Assembly (NCBI GenBank): GCA_964645605.1
Contig: CAZYCE010000004.1
Span: 3,934-67,933, forward strand
Direction of reading: 5' to 3'
Source: an uncultured Gammaproteobacteria bacterium
GTDB taxonomy: Bacteria; Patescibacteriota; Microgenomatia; UBA8517
DNA: 64,000 nucleotides
Positions 54,185 to 63,709 of this stretch are shown piece by piece (the stretch's first letter is position 1; each line of letters starts with the position of its first letter). The notes under the pieces are model-generated. The model did no database searches. It saw nothing but the letters and a program-made list of their open reading frames with translations, and had not been told where the DNA came from. Position numbers and translations under genes: made by a program.

Positions 54185-55156
54185 TTATTCTATTATACGG
54201 GTTCCGGCCGAAACTTTGTTTACAATCACGCTTTTGAGTCCTCTTATTTCCTTAAGTCTTCTCTTAATACCAGTGACATTTTTTCCCTCGCAAATAATAT
54301 GGACATTCGGCCCCGCATCAATTGTAAAATACGCCTCAACACCCTTTTCTCTTAAGCCCGCAACCAATCTCATAACCTCAAGCGTTCCGGGAAGCCAATA
54401 ATATAAAGGCGGCTTACTTGTCATCATTACCGCATGCATATTAATTGCCTCCGCCTCGATTATTTCGCCGAATTTCGTAAAATCCTTATTTTTTAATGCT
54501 GATTTTATCTCTTTAACTTTTTTAGGCATTCCGGCAATTCTAGCCCGATAAAAAGGACTGCCGGCAGCCAGTGCGTGCCCCTCGCTTGAGCTGACTTTTT
54601 TATCTTTATTACCGATAACTGCAATAACATCACGGATATCCCAATACCCTGTTGGGTAAAGGCAGCGGGCATATGATTCTTTACCGGTCTTGCCAAACTT
54701 CCATTCAACGATTCCGTCCGGAATCGATCGGCAGGCAGAGCCCGACCCAAGTCTTGCCAAAATCGAAAGCTCTCTTTCGGAGAGATCAAGTCCTGCCGCA
54801 GCGGCTCCGGCCGCAGTCAGTGCGGCAAATCCGGATGCCGAAGAGGCCATTCCGGCTCCCTTCGGAAAGCTATTTTTACTTACTACACGGGCAAAAGTAT
54901 TTATTCCGGCTTCTTTTCTTATAATACCGAGGTGGTTGACCACCCTTGCCTCCTCTATTCCGGCCGCTTTTTTGCCGTTTATAACTACCAGATCTTTTTT
55001 AAGATTTTTGTCGAATTCTACGGATGTGGTGGTATAGGCTTCCGATAAATTCATCGAAATGGATGAGTTTGCGGGAAGCCTTAGTTCTTCATTTATCTTT
55101 CCCCAATACTTTATAAAGGCGATGTTTGCTGGGGCCACGGCTACTTTTTTCATCAT
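54185..55156 (-). CDS. mvaD: (di)phosphomevalonate decarboxylase (GHMP family)
   Basis: APANIAFIKYWGK N-terminal motif; LGSGSACRS. Confidence 0.8.
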   Translation of the reverse strand: MMKKVAVAPANIAFIKYWGKINEELRLPANSSISMNLSEAYTTTSVEFDKNLKKDLVVINGKKAAGIEEARVVNHLGIIRKEAGINTFARVVSKNSFPKGAGMASSASGFAALTAAGAAAAGLDLSERELSILARLGSGSACRSIPDGIVEWKFGKTGKESYARCLYPTGYWDIRDVIAVIGNKDKKVSSSEGHALAAGSPFYRARIAGMPKKVKEIKSALKNKDFTKFGEIIEAEAINMHAVMMTSKPPLYYWLPGTLEVMRLVAGLREKGVEAYFTIDAGPNVHIICEGKNVTGIKRRLKEIRGLKSVIVNKVSAGTRIIE

Positions 55157-55157
55157 C

Positions 55158-56132
55158 TTATTCTATTTTGACTCCTTCCGCATTGGATTTTACATCAAGA
55201 AACGTTCCGCCTGATTTTGTGATGGCCTTTTTAATAAGGTTAGTCAGGATTGGGTCGGCAATAGCAATCATACAATCCCCTCCTCCGGCGCCGGAAAGTT
55301 TTGCTCCGTATGCACCTGACCCGACCGCGGCGGCAATCAAGCCGTCGAGTTTCTCACTACTAACCCCGATTTGAGCCAAAAGCTTCTGGTTTTCATTCAT
55401 TAGTGCTCCCAACTTTCTGAAATCCGATGTTTCCAGGAGGCTTACCGCTTTCTCGGAAATTTTTCCGATAGAGTCAAAAATTTTATCAACATGCTTTTTA
55501 TCACCTTTCCTTAATTTGGCAACTTGCCGGACCAAAATTGTGGTATCCGCTTTAATACCAGTATAGCCAACAATCAAGGGGAGGTTCTTTATTTTGACCG
55601 GCCTAACCGTCTTTCCGCCGAAAGTATAATATAAGGTTCCTCCCCAAATTGCCGCCGCCAAATCAAACCCTGACCCCACCCCCTGGATATCCAATACAGT
55701 TTTATATGCTATATCAAACAATGATTTATTACTAACTTGTATATCAAACACTACCGATAACGCTTTTACCGTACACACCGTTACGGCTGAAGAACTACCA
55801 AAACCGAACTGACTTGAAAATTCGCTTTCGACTTCTATTTTAAGACCTGAGGATACCTTGTATTTTTTGAAAAAATTCTCAATAGCCTTTAATACAAATT
55901 TCACTTCTTTCGGATAACCGGCTTTTCCCAATTCGGAGATTTTAAAGGAGAAGTTCTCTATCCCGACTTCCGGGGCATTGATAACTATTAAATTCCCCGC
56001 CGTTTTTTCAACATATATATACATTCTCTGATTAACCGCAGTCACAATGCACGGCCTGCCGTAGATAACGGCATGTTCGCCAAAAAGCATAAGTTTTCCC
56101 GGAGCCGAAACTGTTACTGAAAGTTTACTCAT
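55158..56132 (-). CDS. mvk: mevalonate kinase (GHMP kinase)
   Basis: APGKLMLFGEHAVIYG N-terminal motif; GHMP ATP motif GFGSSSAV; C-terminal SGAGGG. Confidence 0.75.
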   Translation of the reverse strand: MSKLSVTVSAPGKLMLFGEHAVIYGRPCIVTAVNQRMYIYVEKTAGNLIVINAPEVGIENFSFKISELGKAGYPKEVKFVLKAIENFFKKYKVSSGLKIEVESEFSSQFGFGSSSAVTVCTVKALSVVFDIQVSNKSLFDIAYKTVLDIQGVGSGFDLAAAIWGGTLYYTFGGKTVRPVKIKNLPLIVGYTGIKADTTILVRQVAKLRKGDKKHVDKIFDSIGKISEKAVSLLETSDFRKLGALMNENQKLLAQIGVSSEKLDGLIAAAVGSGAYGAKLSGAGGGDCMIAIADPILTNLIKKAITKSGGTFLDVKSNAEGVKIE

Positions 56133-56566
56133 GGTTCATCTAGATCTCGGAATATCAGTTCATTTTTAAAAGTTACATTTGACAGCCTCACCGCTTCATC
56201 TAAAACACTGAATCCGATAATTCCGTCCGGGTCCGCAGTGTCTTTTAGTAATTTTGAAGCCGCAGTAACCGCCTCCGTCTCACTCACCAAACTCCGGGAA
56301 AGCCCTTCCGTAATTAAATCTAATTTCCCAAAAAGATCGGCCCGGCTGCAATTCCATAATTTACAAGTTTCCGGCTTTCCTTTTTGGTGCAAACTGCACC
56401 CTTCCCCCATTGCACTAAGATTCGGGCATGGTGAATTTGCAGGTTTACCCACCGAAACAATCGTTCCTTCGAGTTCAATATCGGGCAAAATGCAGCAGGC
56501 ATTGCACAATTTTCCGCTCGGAAGCTCGCATCCTTCCTTACCCCAAATATTTAATCTTTCCGCCAT
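56129..56566 (-). CDS. Cys-rich hypothetical protein, translationally coupled to mvk
   Basis: 8 Cys in the first 75 aa (C-x7-C-x2-CC ... C-x9-C-x10-C-x4-C); 4-nt overlap with the mvk start. Confidence 0.35.
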   Translation of the reverse strand: MAERLNIWGKEGCELPSGKLCNACCILPDIELEGTIVSVGKPANSPCPNLSAMGEGCSLHQKGKPETCKLWNCSRADLFGKLDLITEGLSRSLVSETEAVTAASKLLKDTADPDGIIGFSVLDEAVRLSNVTFKNELIFRDLDEP

Positions 56567-56619
56567 TTGCGCATATTATAATCCAATCCGAACTTAATGA
56601 TATATAATTAGTCTTAAGT

Positions 56620-57159
56620 ATGAAGAAAAGTCCACGATATGGACCCGCTCCGAAGTCGTTTGTAGCGGCTTATAATGAACTGCTGCTCCCCCTGACTAAA
56701 TTTGTTATTAAAAGAATGGGTGTGGGGGAAGATGAGGCTGAAGAAATCGTAGAAGAAACTTTTGTTGCGGCATGGCGTGGCTGGAATGCATTTGAGCACA
56801 AAAGCAGTTATTTTACCTGGCTTTGCAGGATTGCTTTGAATAAAATTTCCGATTACTACCGCGACCAAGTGCATCATAAATCCAGAATTGTAGTTCCCCT
56901 AATAGAAGCACTAACCGAAACAGACAATAAATCCCTTTCTCCCGATGAAGCCTTGGCTCTCAAAGAGTTAAAAAAATCTGTAAACAAATGCCTTGATTCA
57001 ATGTCCCCTGAAAAGCGCCGGCTTTTACAATACCGATACTGGTACGATCTGTCCTATGCCGAGATAGGTAAAATTTTAAATCTAAGTGAGCGTGCGGTTG
57101 AAGGACAGATTTATCGCGCCAAAGAAGAATTCGCCAAAATATGGTCTTCAACTAAATAA
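56620..57159 (+). CDS. ECF-type RNA polymerase sigma factor (sigma-70 regions 2 and 4)
   Basis: Region 2 (FVAAWRGWNAF...WLCRIALNK); region 4 HTH (LSYAEIGKILNLSERAVEGQIYRA). Confidence 0.75.
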   Translation: MKKSPRYGPAPKSFVAAYNELLLPLTKFVIKRMGVGEDEAEEIVEETFVAAWRGWNAFEHKSSYFTWLCRIALNKISDYYRDQVHHKSRIVVPLIEALTETDNKSLSPDEALALKELKKSVNKCLDSMSPEKRRLLQYRYWYDLSYAEIGKILNLSERAVEGQIYRAKEEFAKIWSSTK

Positions 57160-57517
57160 CTTATTTACAAAACATCAGCGATCGTGAAGTTTTTGTAAAG
57201 CCATTAACACTTTTTCCCGCTTCCAATTGTCTGAACAGATTTCAACCGACAGCTCCAAACCGATTCCTGAAGTTGTCCAAAACCCAATTCTTTTAGTTTT
57301 GGTCTTAAAACATCTCTTTTATATCAATCCTTTTCTTTTATATCAAAAGCAACAATCACAAAATTTTGAATATAAAACTATATACAATTACTACACGACC
57401 GTGGAAAATTTGTAAAGTTAAATAAAATAGATCAACAAATATTGGAGGGTTATTTATATCTATATCTATATCATCTATTTTTGTATTTATATTTTTTTAT
57501 TTTGTTTAAATTATAAA

Positions 57518-57540
57518 AGATCTTTCCTATCAAAGATCTA
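57518..57540 (-). terminator. hairpin AGAUCUUU-gauagg-AAAGAUCU + U-rich tail at the stop codon of the glycosyltransferase gene
   Basis: 8-bp inverted repeat read directly; AU-rich stem, so weak. Confidence 0.3.
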
Positions 57541-58323
57541 CTTCAATAACTTACTTTGAAAAACTTTCAAAGGAAAAATTATCACTGCTCTAAAGATCCG
57601 ACCTATGCGCATGGGCTCAGTTAAACCTCTCCAAAGCCACTCAAGACCGGCCTGGGACATCCATTTGGGAGGAAGCTTGGAATTGCCTGCAATATAACGG
57701 AAAGTGCCCCCTACGGCCATTGCGCCGCCCACATTGAGCCTTGAGAGGTTCTTTTCAATCCAAATCTCCTGTTTGGGGTTGCCGAAAGCCACAAAAAGGA
57801 GTTGGGGATTAAATTTATTAATTTGATCGATAACTTCCTTTTCCAACTTTCTATCATTTTCCGATACCGGATTACCTTCTTTGTCGAGAGTTGGGCCCCT
57901 TGCGCTTTCAATTTTCAATGCACAATTTTTATTTTTCATCGAATTTTCAATTTTCAGTTTTGCAAGTTTTGCTTCTTCTCCCAATCCTCCAAGCAAAAAC
58001 ACCTTCCAATGTCTTCTATTACTCAGTTTGACAAGTTCCCCAAAAAACTCTCTGCCTTTAATAATCCGAAGTGAAGGAATGGCAACTTTAAGTCCTATAC
58101 CGTCCGGAATTGAAATGGCGGCATTATCAAGGGCTTTTTTGAGCTTTTTATTAGTTTGGGCCATTAAAATGAGCTCAGGGTTGGGAGTAACTATATAAAA
58201 TCGTTGATTATGGGATAAAAGGTACTCCACTCGTGTTAGCAGTGACGCGACCGATGTGCTATTTACATTAATTTCCATGATTTTGCCGAATTCATGGGAT
58301 TTGTCATTTATTTTTCTGTTCAT
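57538..58323 (-). CDS. WecB/TagA/CpsF-family (GT26) glycosyltransferase
   Basis: VTPNPE, FLLGG, LLFVAFGNPKQE, VGG.F, EWLWRGLTEP: the canonical GT26 motif series. Confidence 0.75.
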   Translation of the reverse strand: MNRKINDKSHEFGKIMEINVNSTSVASLLTRVEYLLSHNQRFYIVTPNPELILMAQTNKKLKKALDNAAISIPDGIGLKVAIPSLRIIKGREFFGELVKLSNRRHWKVFLLGGLGEEAKLAKLKIENSMKNKNCALKIESARGPTLDKEGNPVSENDRKLEKEVIDQINKFNPQLLFVAFGNPKQEIWIEKNLSRLNVGGAMAVGGTFRYIAGNSKLPPKWMSQAGLEWLWRGLTEPMRIGRIFRAVIIFPLKVFQSKLLK

Positions 58324-58722
58324 TTTTACGTAAAAAGACTTCTACTTTTTCCTATAATTATTCAGACAATTTAGATTTGCCTCACTTTTTCCGCAGACGA
58401 TTTATCCTATATTTAGTTATGGTATTTTACTTTAGTTTTGTAAATTTTTATAAATACTACAGGTGTACTGCAAGGCTTTTCGATAACTCTTATTTGGTTC
58501 GATTGTGCATATTTATTATCCAATATCCAGCCTACTCGTACCACCACTTATCCTCAATCGGCCAACAATTTATTTTACTTTTTGATTTCAATACTAACGG
58601 GTATATTTTCCAGCTCAATTTTATCTATAAAAAATATTTTTCAAATTAATATTCAATAAGAATTCCTATACCCTATAAAGTGCGAATGGTCTATTTATTT
58701 ATATTACCCTATAATAAACAAG

Positions 58723-59730
58723 CTATCCCTTTGTCGTAACGCTTCTTTTCCAAAGTTCAATATTTTCCAATACTAATCCGGTACCCCTAACTACGCAAAG
58801 TAACGGCTCGTCCGCAACATGTGCAGGGACACCGGTTTCCTCCGTCATCAGTTTATCAAATCCCCTAAGAAGAGAGCTTCCCCCGCTCATAACGATTCCT
58901 TTATCAATAATGTCAGCCGCCAACTCCGGTGGCGTATCTTCCAAAACAGCTTTTACGGCACCAATTATTTGTGTCAGTATCGGTTTTATGGCCTCTGTCA
59001 CCTCACCCGATGTCAATACCACCGTCCTGGGCAATCCAAAAACCAAATCCCTGCCTGAAATCTCCAATTTCTCAGATTTGACAAGTGGAACTGCCGATCC
59101 TATTTTAAGCTTAATATCTTCCGCCGTTTGATCCCCTATTATCAAATTGTGCTTCTTTTTAAGGAAATTTTGGATTGATTCGTCAATTTTATTACCTGCA
59201 ACACGTACGGATTTATGAATAACTACCCCTCCGAGTGATATAACGGCGGCTTCGGTTGAGCCCCCTCCTATATCTACTATCATGTGCCCGGAAGGGGCGG
59301 AAACGGGGATTTGAGCTCCGATTGCGGCGGCTAGAGGCTCATCTATAAGGTAAGCATGAGACGCTCCGGCGGAGAGTGTGGCGTCAAGCGCAGCCCGTCT
59401 CTCCACCTGAGTACACCCGGCAGGTACGCAAACCATTACATCAGGCTTAAAAAACTGAAAACGCCCGACAACCTTTCCAATAAAGTAGCGAAGCATTGCT
59501 TCCGTGACCTGATAGTCGGCAATAACCCCGTCTCTCATTGGACGGCTGGCGATTAGGGCCTCGGGAGTTCTTCCAAGCATTTGTTTAGCATCCTCTCCCA
59601 CAGCCACAACTTTGCTGTCGTCAGACGAAATAGCCACAACCGTAGGCTCGTTTACAACCAAACCCTCCCCAGCCACCCACACTAATGTATTGGCCGTACC
59701 CAAATCTATAGCTATATTTTTGCGAAGCAT
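58723..59730 (-). CDS. second MreB-family actin homologue (MreB/Mbl paralog)
   Basis: IAIDLGTANTLVWV..., EPLAAAIGA, DIGGGSTE motifs; 335 aa; clearly distinct from the copy at 26377-27432. Confidence 0.85.
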   Translation of the reverse strand: MLRKNIAIDLGTANTLVWVAGEGLVVNEPTVVAISSDDSKVVAVGEDAKQMLGRTPEALIASRPMRDGVIADYQVTEAMLRYFIGKVVGRFQFFKPDVMVCVPAGCTQVERRAALDATLSAGASHAYLIDEPLAAAIGAQIPVSAPSGHMIVDIGGGSTEAAVISLGGVVIHKSVRVAGNKIDESIQNFLKKKHNLIIGDQTAEDIKLKIGSAVPLVKSEKLEISGRDLVFGLPRTVVLTSGEVTEAIKPILTQIIGAVKAVLEDTPPELAADIIDKGIVMSGGSSLLRGFDKLMTEETGVPAHVADEPLLCVVRGTGLVLENIELWKRSVTTKG

Positions 59731-59769
59731 ACGTGAGTAGATTATAATATATCATAGCTAAATTAACAC

Positions 59770-60972
59770 ATGACAAAAGTTAGGGTCATTTTTTTCGTTA
59801 TTACATTAATACTTGTCGGAGGTTTGGGCATATTTGCCACTTTTTATGCCCGAGGCTATAAATTTGATTTAAAAACACTTGCTTTTTTGCCTAATGGCAT
59901 TTTGGTATTAAAGTCCGAGCCTGACGGAGCCTCGGTTTTTATTAACGGCGAGCTCAAAGCGGCCACCAATGCCAACCTTCCCCTTTCCCCCGGAACTTAC
60001 GACATTGAAGTCAAAAAAGACGGATATTTTAGCTGGTACAAAAGGCTGGCCATTGAAAAAGAGATAGTAACTCAAGCAAACGTCTCGCTTTTTAAGACCG
60101 TTCCTTCCCTTTCTCCTGTTACATCCTTTGGCGCAGTCAATCCGGTTATGTCAGAGGACGGATCTAAAATTGTTTTCAGCGTGTTACCTGCCAAAAACCT
60201 GACCGATGACAAAGTTGGTCTTTGGGCACTTGATACATATAGTCTCCCTCTGGGATTTGGTTCCGGACCAAAAAGAATTACCGATGGCGATATGACGAAT
60301 GCTACCTACACTTTCTCACCGGACGGAAGACAACTACTTTTAAAGGTATCAAACGGCATATTTCTGATTGATACCGGATCATTTACTGCTCAAAACCAAA
60401 GAGTAAATATCGCGTCTCAGACGGATGAAATTATCGCCGGATGGAAAACACAGAAGGATAATATCAATAGAAGCCTCATCCAAAATTTGCCTCCGGAACT
60501 TTCCGATGTTCTTTTCAGAAAATCATCCGCTTTTATCTTTTCGCCCGACGACAACATGATTCTCTACTCTGCCAGCTCCTCCGCAACCCTCCCTGATAAT
60601 TTGATCAAACCGCTACCCGGAGCCTCAACTCAAACTCAAGAAAGAGGGATTGTCCCAGGGCACACTTATGTATACGACGTTAAAGAAGATAGAAATTTTC
60701 TTATAACGGACCAGCCTGTAACCATAAATAATGTAGATGACCCTAAAATTCCCGCCCTCAGATGGATGTCCTCAAGCCGTCACTTACTTCTGGCGGGTCC
60801 GACGCAGATTGTAATCGTTGATTATGACGGGACTAATAGACAAACCGTATACTCAGGCTCGTACACAATGCCGTCAGCATTCCCGTTCTCAAACACATCT
60901 AAACTTTTGATCCTGACAAATCTTGGAGCTCCATCTGGAAGTCCCAATCTCTACACACTAACGGTTAAATAA
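59770..60972 (+). CDS. membrane-anchored PEGA-domain protein with a C-terminal beta-propeller-like region
   Basis: N-terminal TM; PEGA motif SEPDGASVFINGELKAATNANLPLSPGTYDIEVKKDGYFSW; TolB-like repeats downstream. Confidence 0.6.
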   Translation: MTKVRVIFFVITLILVGGLGIFATFYARGYKFDLKTLAFLPNGILVLKSEPDGASVFINGELKAATNANLPLSPGTYDIEVKKDGYFSWYKRLAIEKEIVTQANVSLFKTVPSLSPVTSFGAVNPVMSEDGSKIVFSVLPAKNLTDDKVGLWALDTYSLPLGFGSGPKRITDGDMTNATYTFSPDGRQLLLKVSNGIFLIDTGSFTAQNQRVNIASQTDEIIAGWKTQKDNINRSLIQNLPPELSDVLFRKSSAFIFSPDDNMILYSASSSATLPDNLIKPLPGASTQTQERGIVPGHTYVYDVKEDRNFLITDQPVTINNVDDPKIPALRWMSSSRHLLLAGPTQIVIVDYDGTNRQTVYSGSYTMPSAFPFSNTSKLLILTNLGAPSGSPNLYTLTVK

Positions 60973-61234
60973 TTCTTTGAATAAAGCATACCAGTCCTAG
61001 TGACGTTTGATGTTTAGTATGTTAACTTTATTTGTGGCCAGGAGAATCCCAATAGAAAAAATTAACCTCATAAAAAAACTCAGATCAGAAGGCTGAAGTC
61101 TGCCCGAAATCCATAAGAAACTAGGCTTTGGTTATGGATCAATTTTCAGATATGTCAAAGGTGTACAAATATCTCCAAAATACATAGATAAATGGCGGGG
61201 TAAATGGGGCGGTAGCATTAAAAGAAAAGAAAAA

Positions 61235-61657
61235 TTGGAAGCAGATGCTTGCGAGAAGGCAAAGAAGGAAATTATAAGTCTTAATAGAAAAGAAAAATTG
61301 TTATTTATGACTGCTCTATATTGGGGTGAGGGCGGAAAAGGAGATTTTAATTTTACCAATTCTAATCCTGAAATGATAAAAATTTTTGTAAATGGGCTGA
61401 GAGAAATACTAAAGATTGATCAAAAAGATATAAGGGCGTCTATAAGAATTTATGAGGACTTGGATAGAAATATATTCCTAAATCATTGGTCTAAAATTAC
61501 TGAAATACCAGTTAAAGAATTTGCAAATGTAGATGTGCTAAAAGGCAAGAAGTCGGGAAAACTAGCTTACGGATTATGCAGAATCAGGATTAAAAAGGGC
61601 GGTAATATGCTAAAATACCTCTTAGCCCTAGACAGAAGGGTATCAGAAATTTTCTGA
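61235..61657 (+). CDS. hypothetical; possible degenerate homing-endonuclease-like ORF whose frame extends upstream through an in-frame TGA
   Basis: ALYWGEGGKGDF resembles a degenerate LAGLIDADG motif; the upstream same-frame segment (61019-61234) encodes an HTH-like IEKINLIKKLRSEG-TGA-SLPEIHKKLGFGYGSIFRYVKG. Confidence 0.3.
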   Translation: MEADACEKAKKEIISLNRKEKLLFMTALYWGEGGKGDFNFTNSNPEMIKIFVNGLREILKIDQKDIRASIRIYEDLDRNIFLNHWSKITEIPVKEFANVDVLKGKKSGKLAYGLCRIRIKKGGNMLKYLLALDRRVSEIF

Positions 61658-61677
61658 AATGTCCCTTAAAGATATCA

Positions 61678-61749
61678 GTCCCTATAGTTCAACGGATAGA
61701 ACAAGGGTTTCCTAAACCCTAAATCCAGGTTCGATTCCCGGTGGGGACA
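61678..61749 (+). tRNA. tRNA-Arg (anticodon CCT), one A-C mismatch in the T-stem
   Basis: Manual cloverleaf: acceptor GUCCCUA/UGGGGAC; anticodon stem AGGGU/ACCCU with loop UUCCUAA; T-loop UUCGAUU. Confidence 0.7.
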
Positions 61750-61761
61750 CTGGAAATTAAA

Positions 61762-61833
61762 CGGAGTGTAGTGAATCGGTATCACGCTACGTTCGGGACG
61801 TAGAGACACTGGGTTCAATTCCCAGCACTCCGA
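61762..61833 (+). tRNA. tRNA-Pro (anticodon CGG)
   Basis: Manual cloverleaf: acceptor CGGAGUG/CACUCCG; anticodon stem CUACG/CGUAG with loop UUCGGGA (G37); T CUGGG-UUCAAUU-CCCAG. Confidence 0.85.
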
Positions 61834-61844
61834 CAAAAGTCGGA

Positions 61845-62306
61845 TTATAATTCTTCTTTGGAGTAAATAAGGAGGTCTGTTACGCTGTCGTAGTCAAAAA
61901 TTTCGTCTCCGTTAAAGATAAGTCCCAATTCTTTATCGGCGGATTCCGGAGAATCGGATGCATGAATTATATTTTGTGAGCCGCTCATACCAAAGTCTCC
62001 CCTGATTGAACCTGCCTCAGCCTCTCTTGCTTTAGTAACTCCGACGATCTTCCTGACGGCAGAAATAGCTTCAATCCCCTCCCAAACCATAGCTACAACG
62101 GGAGTCCATTCCATGAAGCTTTTGAGTGTTGCAAAAAACGGTTTGTCTTTGTGATGAGCATACCAATTATCCAGTATTTCGTCAGTTAGCCTGATCATTT
62201 TTATTCCGACAAGTTTGAGGCCTTTTCTCTCAAATCTGTGCATTATCTCTCCCACAAGTCCTCTTTGAAGCCCGTCCGGTTTGATTAAAACTACTGTTCT
62301 TTCCAT
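61845..62306 (-). CDS. ndk: nucleoside diphosphate kinase
   Basis: ERTVVLIKPDG...NIIHASDS active-site His motif. Confidence 0.9.
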   Translation of the reverse strand: MERTVVLIKPDGLQRGLVGEIMHRFERKGLKLVGIKMIRLTDEILDNWYAHHKDKPFFATLKSFMEWTPVVAMVWEGIEAISAVRKIVGVTKAREAEAGSIRGDFGMSGSQNIIHASDSPESADKELGLIFNGDEIFDYDSVTDLLIYSKEEL

Positions 62307-62360
62307 TTATTTGATCAATTTTACAACACATTCCTTTTAAAAGAAATGGAGTGCCAAAAA

Positions 62361-63647
62361 TTATTTTATTATTTTTACAAATTTTTCTCCATCTTTAAAA
62401 GGACCAATTATTGCCAGGTTTAAGCGTTCCGGTACAAAAAGCTTTTTAGCTTCAAAATAGATGTCATCGAGAGTAACTTTATCAACTTTTTTACAAATCT
62501 CTTCCGGTGTCAGGACTTTTAATCCGAAAAGCTCCTGTTCGCCAAAAAATCCGCTGACACTTTTGGTGTCTTCCAGAGCTAATGCTAAACTACCCTTCAG
62601 ATAGCCTTTTGCCTTTTCCAATTCTTTTTGGGTAATCGGATATTTTTTGCCAGCAACTCCATAACATTGATCCAAAATAACTTTTATGGCTTCATCGGTC
62701 TTTTGAAGATTAACACCTGCATAAGTTCCCATATACCCCACTTCCTCGTATCTATCCATACTTGTTCTGACTGAATAGGCCAGACCCCTCCTTTCCCTAA
62801 CTTCAATAAACATCCTGGAACTCATTCCGCCACCCAAAATCACAGCAAGGACATTTTGGGCAAATTTACCCTCATAATGCCTCCCCTCACCCGTAAATCC
62901 CATGATTAGGTGCGCCTGTTCGCTCTCTTTAGCTTGAAGTTTAAATTTCGGCTTCGTCTGCGTTGCCTTAAACTGGATATCGGGTTTTGGCTCGGTTGTT
63001 GTTATGTGGGCTTTTCCGAAATATTTTTCTGCAAGCTTTACGGCACTTGCCTCGGAAACCCCTCCCGCTATCGTTACCATCATATTTTCCGGGCAATAAT
63101 GGGCCTTACGATAGTTTACAAAGTCACTTCTAGTAATTGCTTTAACAGTCTTTTCCGTTCCGGCAGTGTCCCAACCGAGAGGATTTCCTTCAAAAATAAG
63201 CTCCTCAAAAATGTCGCCTATATGCATCATCGGAGTATCTTCGTACATTCTGATTTCCTGGATTATAGTTCCTTTTTCTCTTTCAATTTCATCGGACTTC
63301 ATTAGAGGGTTTAAAACCATGTCCGACAGAATATCCGTGGCTGTTTCAAGATTCCCCTTTGCGGATTTAATATAAAAATTCGTCAAATCCTTTGAAGTAC
63401 CTGCATTAAACTCCCCTCCCATAGCATCTACTGCCTGGGAAATTTCCCGCGCACTGGGTCGTTTTTTGCTACCTTTGAAGACAATATGTTCTAAAAAGTG
63501 GCTGATTCCCCCTACTTCAGGGTTTTCATTACGGCTTCCAGTTTTAACCCAAATCGTGACGGTTACAGATTCAAGCGAAGGCATGGGCATGGTCATAAGA
63601 CGAAGTCCTGAACTTAATTTATGAAGTTTGTATTCCATTCGTACCAA
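62361..63647 (-). CDS. M16-family zinc peptidase (insulinase-like)
   Basis: Inverted zincin motif HFLEHIVFKGS (HxxEH) near the N-terminus; about 420 aa. Confidence 0.8.
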   Translation of the reverse strand: MVRMEYKLHKLSSGLRLMTMPMPSLESVTVTIWVKTGSRNENPEVGGISHFLEHIVFKGSKKRPSAREISQAVDAMGGEFNAGTSKDLTNFYIKSAKGNLETATDILSDMVLNPLMKSDEIEREKGTIIQEIRMYEDTPMMHIGDIFEELIFEGNPLGWDTAGTEKTVKAITRSDFVNYRKAHYCPENMMVTIAGGVSEASAVKLAEKYFGKAHITTTEPKPDIQFKATQTKPKFKLQAKESEQAHLIMGFTGEGRHYEGKFAQNVLAVILGGGMSSRMFIEVRERRGLAYSVRTSMDRYEEVGYMGTYAGVNLQKTDEAIKVILDQCYGVAGKKYPITQKELEKAKGYLKGSLALALEDTKSVSGFFGEQELFGLKVLTPEEICKKVDKVTLDDIYFEAKKLFVPERLNLAIIGPFKDGEKFVKIIK

Positions 63648-63709
63648 AGCATTGTAGTTCAGTTTTGGACAATCTTCAATACCTCGCTTAGAAGTTGTAG
63701 AATGAATTA

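Noticed and set aside
54652-55374. Plus-strand ORFs with Pro/Ala/Ser-rich translations inside the mvaD/mvk region
   Set aside because: Antisense to GHMP-family genes with canonical motifs; spurious.
57440-57490. (TATATC)3-like microsatellite / possible CRISPR-like repeat
   Set aside because: Only three short imperfect units, no spacers, no cas genes; simple AT-rich low complexity in an intergenic region.
61090-61096. In-frame TGA read as Trp/Gly (alternative genetic code 4 or 25) to give a continuous HTH-endonuclease protein
   Set aside because: folA and other genes terminate at TGA, and the very long ORFs (topA, cysS, dnaX) are intact under the standard code, so TGA is a stop here; the interruption is better explained by gene decay.
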